62,926 bases of DNA from an uncultured Victivallales bacterium (GTDB taxonomy: Bacteria > Verrucomicrobiota > Kiritimatiellia > UBA8416 > CAYSRM01). A program made the translations under genes and the position numbers. Under the pieces are notes generated by a model. It worked only from the letters and a program-made list of their open reading frames with translations. It was not told the origin of the DNA and did no database searches. The stretch lies in assembly GCA_964433435.1 (NCBI GenBank), contig CAYSRM010000003.1, positions 1 through 62,926 of the forward strand, written 5' to 3'. Below, piece by piece: positions 1-8,010 of the stretch. The number at the start of each line of letters is the position of its first letter. Position 1 is the first letter of the stretch.

Positions 1-2
1 TT

Positions 3-701
3 ATTTTTAAAAAATCTGCAGGATTTCCGATTGTCTGGTTCTTTGCCTTTCTTGCGCCTTCTTCCAGCGTAATCCCGCTTGCCGACATAGCTGCAGAGCA
101 CAGGATGTATATGCCGCTTGCCGGTGTAGTTGTGATGGTTTCCGGCATAGTGTACCGACTGACTGTGCATAAGGGCTCTGCCCGCGGCCGGCCCATTATA
201 GTTGCCGGTGTTGTCTTGCTGGTGGCCGTCTTGGGCTTTCGTACGCATCAGCGGAACAAGGCGTATTATTCTGAACATGTTATGTGGAGCCGGGTGATTC
301 AAACTAGCCCGGAGAATCTTCGTGCCAGGAATACTCTTGCCTCAATCCTGCTTAAATCCGGAAGAGAACCTGAAGCGCTCTCGCACCTGGGTTTTGTGCT
401 TGACCGCACATCGGATGTTGAATCTGTTACGAAGCGATACTCGCCGGAGACAAAATTTGCTCCAATACCGAGCAATTCCAAACGGCATAACAGGGTCCTG
501 GCTTTGGCTAATCTGGGTGTATATTACGAACGGGAGGGCAAATTGGACATGGCGGCAGATCATTACATCAAGGCGCTAAGGCTTTTCCCTTATAAACGGG
601 AAGTTCTTGCCGCATATAGGCGCCTGATGAGGCGGAGGGGTCTGGATTCCGAAGAATATGAACAGCGCCTTACCAGAGAAGTCTGGTTTTTTGAAAGATA
701 A
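3..701 (+). CDS. TMTC-like (GT-C plus TPR) membrane protein, C-terminal part; the gene begins upstream of the window
   Basis: Frame 3 is open from base 3: IFKKSAGFPIVWFFAFLAPSSSVIPLADIAAEHRMYMPLA. This matches the TMTC-type 'P.S......AER.LY.P' loop. It is followed by a TM helix, 'RN..Y.....W' and TPR-like repeats. The ATG at 105 in the ORF track is internal. Confidence 0.75.
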   Translation: MFKKSAGFPIVWFFAFLAPSSSVIPLADIAAEHRMYMPLAGVVVMVSGIVYRLTVHKGSARGRPIIVAGVVLLVAVLGFRTHQRNKAYYSEHVMWSRVIQTSPENLRARNTLASILLKSGREPEALSHLGFVLDRTSDVESVTKRYSPETKFAPIPSNSKRHNRVLALANLGVYYEREGKLDMAADHYIKALRLFPYKREVLAAYRRLMRRRGLDSEEYEQRLTREVWFFER

Positions 702-707
702 CCGGAA

Positions 708-749
708 AAAGAAAAAGGAGCGGTCTCTATAGAACCGCTCCTTTTCTTT
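708..749. terminator. Bidirectional rho-independent terminator between convergent genes
   Basis: AAAGAAAAAGGAGCGGT-ctctataga-ACCGCTCCTTTTCTTT. The stem has A/T tails on both sides and lies between the stops at 701 (+) and 774 (-). Confidence 0.85.
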
Positions 750-773
750 GATCATAAACTCGTGGAATTGAGT

Positions 774-1124
774 TTAATTTCCTGTCGGAAGCTGGTGCAG
801 TGTCGGATCATTTATGTTGCACACAGGGTTCGTTCCGATCGCTTCATAGGTATATGCTCCACCTGACGGGCAACCCGGTGTAACTCCACCCTTGATATAT
901 TCATTGACGGCCGCAGAAGCAGGCGTTTCGCCCTGTGTCAGATTCTGTTCCAGCGCCAACTGCTCTTTTGCGCCGTCGATCTGCCTCAGGTTATTGATGC
1001 AAGCGTTCTGCCGTGATGTATTACGAGCCTTCACAAATGAAGGTATCGCGATAGCTGCCAGCAGACCGATGATCGCCACCACGATCATAATCTCTACCAG
1101 TGTAAAACCTTGTTTCTTCTTCAT
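774..1124 (-). CDS. pilA: Type IV pilin (prepilin N-terminal cleavage/methylation domain)
   Basis: MKKKQG|FTLVEIMIVVAIIGLLAAIAIP: basic leader, G|F cleavage site, E at +5, hydrophobic helix and a C-terminal Cys pair. It has its own sigma-54 promoter and lies next to pilR/pilC/pilB-like genes. Confidence 0.85.
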   Translation of the reverse strand: MKKKQGFTLVEIMIVVAIIGLLAAIAIPSFVKARNTSRQNACINNLRQIDGAKEQLALEQNLTQGETPASAAVNEYIKGGVTPGCPSGGAYTYEAIGTNPVCNINDPTLHQLPTGN

Positions 1125-1200
1125 CGCATTCCTCCTTTCAGGATTTAAGGGTTGCGAACCTACCCAGTGACATGTTGTTATGTCAACGATAAGTTAGAGA

Positions 1201-1216
1201 AGCAAACGCCGTGCCA
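1201..1216 (-). promoter_or_regulatory. Sigma-54 (-24/-12) promoter of the pilin gene
   Basis: Minus strand reads TGGCAC-GGCGT-TTGCT, an exact match to TGGCAC-N5-TTGCW, about 77 bp upstream of the pilin ATG. Confidence 0.85.
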
Positions 1217-1485
1217 AAAGCCAGAGTTGCTTGAAAATAATGTGTTTGATGACGACTTCATAATAATTTGCAGGGATCCATGTGTAAAAGACTTGGTTGG
1301 AGACCAGATTACTTTCTCACGGGAGCAAACATGAGAAACGAGTTATCAGCAGTGCGAAACAATTTTAGCTGTGTCTGGAATTTGTGATGTGTTTGGCTTC
1401 TTATTTACATGTCTTGTGGATGAAGAGACTTACGAGAGATAGAAACTTCTTTGGCAAATTAGCTGAAATGAGAGTTCACAGATGT

Positions 1486-1506
1486 GCAATAGTGCGAAAC
1501 TATTGC
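1486..1506. promoter_or_regulatory. Palindrome, candidate enhancer-binding-protein site
   Basis: GCAATAGT-gcgaa-ACTATTGC, about 270 bp upstream of the -24 element. The decamer AGTGCGAAAC occurs at both 1351-1360 and 1491-1500. Confidence 0.35.
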
Positions 1507-1560
1507 TGTTTTTTGCAGTTTTTGGTATTGTGTAGCTTTTGGTTGTATCGGTTGCGGGAA

Positions 1561-2931
1561 TCAGGTTGTGTCTGCGTCGGGGAGTTTTCGGTATAGGGTT
1601 GCGAGGCTGATGTTGAGAGCTTTGGCTGCCTGTTCTTTGTCGCCCTTTGTGTGTTCGAGAACGTGGAAGAGATATTCCTTTTCTTTGGAGCGCAGGAAGG
1701 CTTTAAGGGACTTTGCGCGTGTTGCCTCAAGGTTGGAAGGTATTTCGGACTGGCCGGTTATTGGAGTAGCGGCGATTTTCGGGGGCAGGACGTTCTTTGT
1801 TATTTTATTCTCTTCGGTAAAGGTAAGGGCGTGTTTTATTGCGTTTTCGAGTTCGCGCACATTGCCGGGCCACTGGTAGGACTCGAGTATCGCAGCGGTC
1901 TCACTGGTTATATGTGGTGGGGTCTGATCTTCGGGGGTTTCGCTCTGGATAATGTGATAGGCCAGGGGCATTATATCTTCGGGTCGTTCACGTAAAGGCT
2001 TGATCTCGATGGGAATCACACTGATTCTGTAATATAAATCCTGGCGGAAGGATCCCTCTTGCATGAGGGTCTCCAGGGGTTTGTTTGTAGCTGCAAGGAC
2101 GCGTACATTAATCGGTACATTCTGGTTGCTTCCTACCCGGCGGATTTCCTTTTCCTGTAATACACGCAGTAGTTTTCCTTGTATACTCAAGGGCATGGCG
2201 CCAATTTCATCCAGAAAGATGGTGCCGCCTTCGGCTGTTTCGAAGAGTCCTTTTTTTTCTGAGGAAGCCCCGGTGAAGGCGCCTTTGGCATGTCCGAACA
2301 TCTCGGATTCGAGCAACGGCTCGGGAAGGGCCGCGCAGTTGACGGCAAGGAAGTTGTTATTTTTTCTATGGCTGTTGGAATGAATTGCCTTTGCTACCAG
2401 CTCTTTGCCTGTGCCGCTTTCGCCGTATATCAGCACTGTAGTATCAGTGGGCGCTACGCGTTTGACCATCTCGCAGACATTCTTCATTGGAGTGCTTTCT
2501 GCGATTATATTCTCAAGCTGGTATTTTGTGTTCAGTTGGGCCCGGAGGTCTTCATTTTCTGTCAGGGCTCGCCGGTAATCAAGGGCACGCTGCACAGTAA
2601 TAAGAAGTTCGTCGACCTTGAATGGCTTGGTAACATAGTCAAACGCGCCAAGCTTTAAAGCTTCTATGGCTGTTTCTACAGAGCCGTAGGCGGTAAGCAT
2701 TATCACACCCATCGCCGGTTTTTCCTGATGCGCCAGCTTTAACAGTTCCATGCCGTTTATCGGACTCATGCGTATATCGGAGAGCATCAGGTCAAAGTCT
2801 TCGGATTGAAGCAATTCCTTGGCCTTTACGCCTCCGAGTGCACCAGTTACCTCGTATCCTTCTGCTTTCAGCAATGTTGTTAGAACACTGAGAATACTGG
2901 GTTCGTCATCGACTAGAAGAAGTTTAGACAT
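1561..2931 (-). CDS. pilR: Sigma-54-dependent response regulator (PilR/NtrC family)
   Basis: Receiver domain (LLVDDE...SDIRM), Walker A GESGTGKE, ESEMFGHAKGAFTGA (GAFTGA loop), FLDEIG and a C-terminal Fis-type HTH. It lies directly upstream of the sigma-54 pilin promoter. Confidence 0.85.
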   Translation of the reverse strand: MSKLLLVDDEPSILSVLTTLLKAEGYEVTGALGGVKAKELLQSEDFDLMLSDIRMSPINGMELLKLAHQEKPAMGVIMLTAYGSVETAIEALKLGAFDYVTKPFKVDELLITVQRALDYRRALTENEDLRAQLNTKYQLENIIAESTPMKNVCEMVKRVAPTDTTVLIYGESGTGKELVAKAIHSNSHRKNNNFLAVNCAALPEPLLESEMFGHAKGAFTGASSEKKGLFETAEGGTIFLDEIGAMPLSIQGKLLRVLQEKEIRRVGSNQNVPINVRVLAATNKPLETLMQEGSFRQDLYYRISVIPIEIKPLRERPEDIMPLAYHIIQSETPEDQTPPHITSETAAILESYQWPGNVRELENAIKHALTFTEENKITKNVLPPKIAATPITGQSEIPSNLEATRAKSLKAFLRSKEKEYLFHVLEHTKGDKEQAAKALNISLATLYRKLPDADTT

Positions 2932-3043
2932 AAAAAAATCACTGTTTCCGTATTTGTCTTTACAATTGCATGGACAATATAGAAATAACCTTGATCAGAA
3001 GTAAAGCGAAATTCGCAGTTTTTAGGTTTAGCAAAAACGAAAA

Positions 3044-4225
3044 TCAACCGCCACTGACGACTTCGCCCATCTTGAAGATCGGCAGGAACATACAGAGCAC
3101 GATACCGCCGATTATGATGCCGAGGAAAACCATGAGCAAAGGTTCCAGAAGTGATGTAAGTCCTGAAAGCATGGCATCAACTTCGTCATCGTAGAAATCG
3201 GCGATATTATCCATCATATCGTCTATCTTTCCGGTTTTTTCGCCTGCTTGCATCATTCTGACCAGCATGATCGGGAAGACGGTTTGCTTTATCATTGCAG
3301 AGGATAGGGGTTCACCTTTTTCGACGCTCTCGCGTGCGGTCATTATGATCTGTCCGGCGACTCTGTTGCCGGTTGAGCCGGAGACAATTTCAAGTGTGTT
3401 TAATATTGGCACTCCGCTACGAGTAAGTTGTCCAAAGGTGCGGGCAAATCTTGCGGATGCGACCTTTCGGTTAAGTTCTCCGAAGACCGGCACTTTGAGC
3501 ATGAGCTGATCGAATTTGTAGGCGCCGCTTTCAGTTTGTTTCCACTTTTTGAATGCGACAACCAGTATTGCGATTCCCCCGAAAACAAAAAGGCCCTTAC
3601 TCTGGAGGAATGCGCTTACGTCCAGCAACGCTTGTGTGGGACCTGGGAGCGCAGCGTCAAAGTCTTCAAACATTTCGCCAAATACAGGAACCACAAATAT
3701 TATCAGGCCGATAGAAATGGCTATTGCGATGCACAGGACAATCACCGGGTACATCATGGCTGATTTGACTTTTCGCTTCAGTTTTGCACTGGCTTCAAGA
3801 AATCCTGCCAGACGCCCGATTGTTTCGGCCAACTGGCCCCCTGATTCGCCTCCACGGACCATGTTTGCGTACAAATCGTCAAAGATGGACGGATATTTCC
3901 GGAGGGCTTCGGAAAAGGCAGAACCGTTTTCTATATCTTTTTTAATGTTTTCTATTACATGCTTGAAATTGGGATTATCAGTCTGATCGTGCAGCGCTTC
4001 CAGAGAAGCCACGATGGGCATGCCTGCAGTCAACATTGCGGAAAGCTGGCGTGAAAAACCGGGAAGAAGTTCCGCAACGATTTTTTTCGCTCCGGGTGTG
4101 CGTTTTCTCGTCTTCTTTGTTGCGGTGTTTTTTTTCGCTCTTGCTGCTGCCTTTTGTCCGGAAGCATTTTTCCGGCCGGTTCCGGGAGAAGCTGAGCGTG
4201 ATCCTGTCTGTACTACTGGGCTCAT
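3044..4225 (-). CDS. pilC: Type IV pilus/T2SS platform protein, PilC/GspF family
   Basis: Two T2SSF repeats (FSRQLSAMLTAGMP..., FARTFGQLTRSGVP...), GESGGQL/GEKTGKI motifs and the ending 'MFLPIFKM'. Confidence 0.92.
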   Translation of the reverse strand: MSPVVQTGSRSASPGTGRKNASGQKAAARAKKNTATKKTRKRTPGAKKIVAELLPGFSRQLSAMLTAGMPIVASLEALHDQTDNPNFKHVIENIKKDIENGSAFSEALRKYPSIFDDLYANMVRGGESGGQLAETIGRLAGFLEASAKLKRKVKSAMMYPVIVLCIAIAISIGLIIFVVPVFGEMFEDFDAALPGPTQALLDVSAFLQSKGLFVFGGIAILVVAFKKWKQTESGAYKFDQLMLKVPVFGELNRKVASARFARTFGQLTRSGVPILNTLEIVSGSTGNRVAGQIIMTARESVEKGEPLSSAMIKQTVFPIMLVRMMQAGEKTGKIDDMMDNIADFYDDEVDAMLSGLTSLLEPLLMVFLGIIIGGIVLCMFLPIFKMGEVVSGG

Positions 4226-4260
4226 GTGATGGTCCTCTTCAGTTACCCTTATAGTACAAT

Positions 4261-5979
4261 TTAGCCGCCGGTAACTTCAAGGACCGATTCGAGGGAAGCC
4301 ACGCCTTCCTTTACACGTTGCAGGCCGGCCTCTTTCAGAGTAAGCATCCCGTTTTCTTTTCCAAGAGCGACAAGTTCGTCGGTATTTGCATCTCTAAGAA
4401 TGGCCTGACGGATTTTCTCCGTTATGCTCAGAACTTCCATTACCGCACCCCGTCCCTTGTACCCTCTGTTGTTGCATCGGGGACATCCTTTGGGGGCGTA
4501 AATTGTGGCTCCTTCAAAAAAATCGGGAGGTATGTCGTTGACTCTGAGCACTTCAGCATCAATTTCCATCGGTTTTTTACAAGCCGGACACAGCCGCCTG
4601 AAAAGTCTCTGTGCCTGAGTAAGGATAAGGCAGGCGCCCAGCATGAATGGCTCTATCCCCATATCAATAAGTCTTGTCACGGCCTGGGCTGCGTTGTTGG
4701 TGTGCAGCGTGGCGAGTACGAGGTGCCCTGTCAGAGCTGCTTCGATTGCTATGTGGGCTGTTTCTCTGTCTCTAAGCTCTCCGACAAGTATGTCGTCAGG
4801 GTCCTGTCGAAGGATTGATCTGAGTGCAGAGGCAAAGGTAAGTCCCACATTAGGATTGATCTGGACCTGGTTGAGACCGGGGATCTGAAACTCGACCGGG
4901 TCTTCGCACGTTATGATATTGGTGTCGGGTTGGTTCAAATCCTGGAGACAGGAATACAGAGTCATGGTTTTCCCGCTGCCAGTAGGTCCTGTGACAAGCA
5001 CTATTCCGTTAGGTTGCGAGAGTGCATGCCGGAAAGCCTGGTATGAGATATCATCTAAACCCAGATTGTCGACTCCGCCGAGCAGTTTTGATTTGTCAAG
5101 AGTTCGGATAACAACCTTTTCTCCGTGTACAGTTGGCAACAGGCTGATACGCAAATCGACTTCTTTGCCGAGAGCTTTTATGTGGGTACGGCCATCTTGT
5201 GGAATTCGCCGTTCGGCTATATCCAGATCCGACATGATTTTGACACGAGAAATAACCGCATTCTGCATGCTCTTAGGGGGGCCGGGACGTTCAACGAGTT
5301 TTCCGTCGATTCGGTATCGCAGGCGGACGCGCTTTTCTTCGGGTTCTATATGTACATCGCTGGCGTCGGTTCGGAGGGCTTCGACCAGGATCATGTTGAC
5401 CATGCGGATAACCGGCGCGCCTTCAGCGCTTTCGAGCATCGCATCTATACTGTCTTCGGCCTCATCCTCTTCAACAAGCTCGATCTCACTGTCATCCTTC
5501 ATGACGTCTTCCATGTCCAGCCCCTGAGCGCTTTCTTCGGTAAATGCCTCAACGATTTTCTGCATAATCTCATTTTCCGCAGCGACAAGCGAAGACACGC
5601 TCATGCCGGTTAGAGCGCTGATTTCGTCAACAGCCATAAGGTCAAAAGGATCGCCTAAAGCTAAAGTCAGGTGTTTGGCGGTTTTTGCAACCGGAAGTAC
5701 AACCCTTTTCTGCATTGTTTCTCTAGGTATAAGGTCGAGCAGGTTCTTGTCCGGAGTGAAATTCGAGAGGTTTACGGGAGCAATTTTTAGATATTCTGAA
5801 AGGGCCAGAACCATGTCCTCACTCTTGACCAGGTTCTTCTGTATGAGATATTTCTCCAGCCGAAGCCTCTCTTGAGTTGCCTTTGCTTTAGATTCGGCAA
5901 GAGTTTCTGCGTTGATAACATTGTTTCTGAGGAGAATATCAGAAATTTTCCCGCGTTGTTGTTCTCTGGTTTTGGCCAT
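4261..5979 (-). CDS. pilB: Type IV pilus assembly ATPase, PilB/GspE family
   Basis: ASDVHIEP, DIAERRIPQDGR, Walker A GPTGSGKT, EDPVE, LRQDPD, Walker B ILVGELRD, TGHLVLATLH and a four-Cys zinc motif (CPAC...CPRC). Confidence 0.93.
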   Translation of the reverse strand: MAKTREQQRGKISDILLRNNVINAETLAESKAKATQERLRLEKYLIQKNLVKSEDMVLALSEYLKIAPVNLSNFTPDKNLLDLIPRETMQKRVVLPVAKTAKHLTLALGDPFDLMAVDEISALTGMSVSSLVAAENEIMQKIVEAFTEESAQGLDMEDVMKDDSEIELVEEDEAEDSIDAMLESAEGAPVIRMVNMILVEALRTDASDVHIEPEEKRVRLRYRIDGKLVERPGPPKSMQNAVISRVKIMSDLDIAERRIPQDGRTHIKALGKEVDLRISLLPTVHGEKVVIRTLDKSKLLGGVDNLGLDDISYQAFRHALSQPNGIVLVTGPTGSGKTMTLYSCLQDLNQPDTNIITCEDPVEFQIPGLNQVQINPNVGLTFASALRSILRQDPDDILVGELRDRETAHIAIEAALTGHLVLATLHTNNAAQAVTRLIDMGIEPFMLGACLILTQAQRLFRRLCPACKKPMEIDAEVLRVNDIPPDFFEGATIYAPKGCPRCNNRGYKGRGAVMEVLSITEKIRQAILRDANTDELVALGKENGMLTLKEAGLQRVKEGVASLESVLEVTGG

Positions 5980-6093
5980 TAGTCTTCCTCAGTATGCTCT
6001 GGCGCGTGTGTACAAGCTCTTACCGACACCGTATATTGTTACATACTAGGAAGAAATTTGGCAATGGGAATATCCACCAATTCGCACTCCCGC

Positions 6094-6196
6094 AGCAGCC
6101 GTATAGACATACTGCAATCTGGCGTTTTGTCAATTCGTGCCGTCGCAGCGGTGCTATCCGCGCTCGCAGCAGGAATTCTGTGAGATATGCGGGTTA
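6094..6196 (+). repeat. Partial copy (right half) of the 199-bp MITE family 1
   Basis: Near-identical to the right half of the 59113-59311 copy. It ends in the TIR AATTCTGTGAGATATGCGGGT followed by TA. Confidence 0.85.
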
Positions 6197-6366
6197 AAGG
6201 TTCTGGGCGGGGGGATTCTGACGTGTCAATGGTTATCAGCGCAAAGAAATCTGATTCGGCAGCGCTGACTGAACATGAGCTGGTGCTGCATTTTTGTTGA
6301 CTGTATTACGCTCAGGTCGTATTTTCAAAGCGATAACTCCCTTACGTACTTTACCACGGAGCAAAT

Positions 6367-7233
6367 ATGGCTGACGAAAATAAGGGCAAGAAGCAAAGCG
6401 GTGAAAAAGGTGAAATAAGGGCCGCGATAGACGCATTCGAGCAGATTCTTGAAGCGATGCCGAATGATCGCGGTTCGCTGGAAGCTCTATACCATGCTTA
6501 CGATCGCCTTGGCGAAAAGGACAAAAGTTTGGCGTACCTTTTGCGGCTGGGTGAAGCGCTTGTTACGGAGCAAGATGTTGAATCGGCTGCGCAGCTCCTC
6601 GAAGTGTTGAAAGAGTATGAAGACAGACCTGAGTTCTTGTCTCTTATGACGCGGATTAAAGAGATGAAGGGCGAGGGGGCTGAGAAGGAAGACTTGCTTA
6701 AGCAGGAATCCAAAACTTCAGCGGGGCTGGAGGAAGTAAGCTACAATTTTAATATGGCAGAGGAGCTTTCGTTTGCGTGGAATCTTCTGGAAGCTAACGA
6801 ACTGACCCAGGAGGAATACTCCAGTCTTGTTCAGGATCTGACCGAGATGTTTTCAGGTGAGGCTATATCGACAGCTTCTGTTTTGCATGTACTTGAACAC
6901 CGCAACTTTAAGAACCTTGAAAAAATTATTGTAAAAGCATCTCAAGATACCAACACTCCGATTGTTTCTCTGTCGAGTTTTGACATACCTGACGAAGCCG
7001 GCTCGCTGCTGCCGATGGATTTCATGCTTAGACGGGGAGCTTTGATTTTCGGTTTCGTAGGGGACCATCCCATGGTGGCGATAATGAACCCCTACTCATC
7101 TCCGCTACGGGAAGACCTGTTTAAGCTGACTGGAAAAACATGCCATTTCTTCATGTGCATGCCTGGCGACTTTGACAGGGCTCTTGACAAAACGATGACG
7201 GTTCTCGCAGATACGGAAAAGTCAGAGGAATAA
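6367..7233 (+). CDS. Hypothetical protein: TPR-like N-terminus plus a C-terminal domain resembling the PilB/GspE N-terminal (T2SSE_N) domain
   Basis: The C-terminus (PIVSLSSFDIPDEAGSLLPMDFMLRRGALIFGFVGDHPMVAIMNPYS...) aligns by eye with the N-domain of the neighbouring PilB (APVNLSNFTPDKNLLDLIPRETMQKRVVLPV...LALGDPFD). There is no ATPase domain. Confidence 0.6.
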   Translation: MADENKGKKQSGEKGEIRAAIDAFEQILEAMPNDRGSLEALYHAYDRLGEKDKSLAYLLRLGEALVTEQDVESAAQLLEVLKEYEDRPEFLSLMTRIKEMKGEGAEKEDLLKQESKTSAGLEEVSYNFNMAEELSFAWNLLEANELTQEEYSSLVQDLTEMFSGEAISTASVLHVLEHRNFKNLEKIIVKASQDTNTPIVSLSSFDIPDEAGSLLPMDFMLRRGALIFGFVGDHPMVAIMNPYSSPLREDLFKLTGKTCHFFMCMPGDFDRALDKTMTVLADTEKSEE

Positions 7234-7248
7234 GGCGGTACGAAACGC

Positions 7249-8010
7249 CTACCTGGTAGATTCCCTGGCTTTGAGTTCCATGGCTTCGCCTTTGTATTTC
7301 AGCACTACTGAGCTTTTGCGCACTTCAACAAGTTCAACACCCTTTATTTGTCCTCCTTGTTGAATTAACTCGTTGTTTATCAGCGCTGCGCCGCCTTCGC
7401 GACCTTTGGACAGCAGGCCTTGCAATGTCAGTTTCGGCCAGAGAACAGGTTCAGGGCGAGGCTCTTTTTCGGGTTTAGCGGCAGAAGGAGCGGGTTTGCG
7501 CATCTCTTTGTCTATTTCCTTCTCCGGAGTGTTTTTACCTGTGGATTGGATTACTTCTTCCGGCTTTTGATTTTCCGCTTCTTGGGCCTGCTCTCCGGCT
7601 TTGCCTGTTTCATCGGGGGTGTAAGGCGCAGATGCTGTTTGCTCCTCCGGGTTTAGGGCGGTTTCCGTAATATCTGTCTCGAATTGTTTTGTGTCTGAGT
7701 CTTTGCCGTGTGCGAACAAAAGGAAGTATGCGGTCGCTGCAGTGGCCACGATAACAAGAACGGTGATTATTGCTGCCGGGACGAATCTGTTCTTCTTTCC
7801 TTTTTTTTGTGGTGGCGCCTTATTTCTGGCGGAGGATTCTTCGGGTTCCTCTACTGTGCTCCGGTTTTCTTCCGGGGCCGGATTTTCTTGCGATTCCGAA
7901 GAAGGGGCCTGTTCGTTGGCTTCCTGAGCGGGTGGAGCTTTTTCAATTTCCTGGCTGTCCTGGCCGTTATCTTCATGCTGTCTCTTTAGAGCTTCTTGTA
8001 TAAGACTCAT
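7249..8010 (-). CDS. ExeB/GspB-like single-pass membrane protein
   Basis: MSLIQEALKR start, acidic linkers, one TM helix and a C-terminal 'LTLQGLL...AALINNELIQQGGQIKGVELVEV...VVL' domain. It overlaps the ExeA-like gene by 4 bp. Confidence 0.65.
   Translation of the reverse strand: MSLIQEALKRQHEDNGQDSQEIEKAPPAQEANEQAPSSESQENPAPEENRSTVEEPEESSARNKAPPQKKGKKNRFVPAAIITVLVIVATAATAYFLLFAHGKDSDTKQFETDITETALNPEEQTASAPYTPDETGKAGEQAQEAENQKPEEVIQSTGKNTPEKEIDKEMRKPAPSAAKPEKEPRPEPVLWPKLTLQGLLSKGREGGAALINNELIQQGGQIKGVELVEVRKSSVVLKYKGEAMELKARESTR

Noticed and set aside
4913-5613. Long antisense and alternate-frame ORFs over pilB, and the many similar 60-200 aa ORFs across the window
   Set aside because: They are shadows of well-supported genes, with no motifs or plausible composition.
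774-5979. Reading the module as a type II secretion system rather than type IV pili
   Set aside because: There is a single pilin with its own sigma-54 promoter and PilR-like activator, and no GspD/G-K/L/M cluster in the window. T2SS involvement of the ExeA/ExeB-like pair is not excluded.
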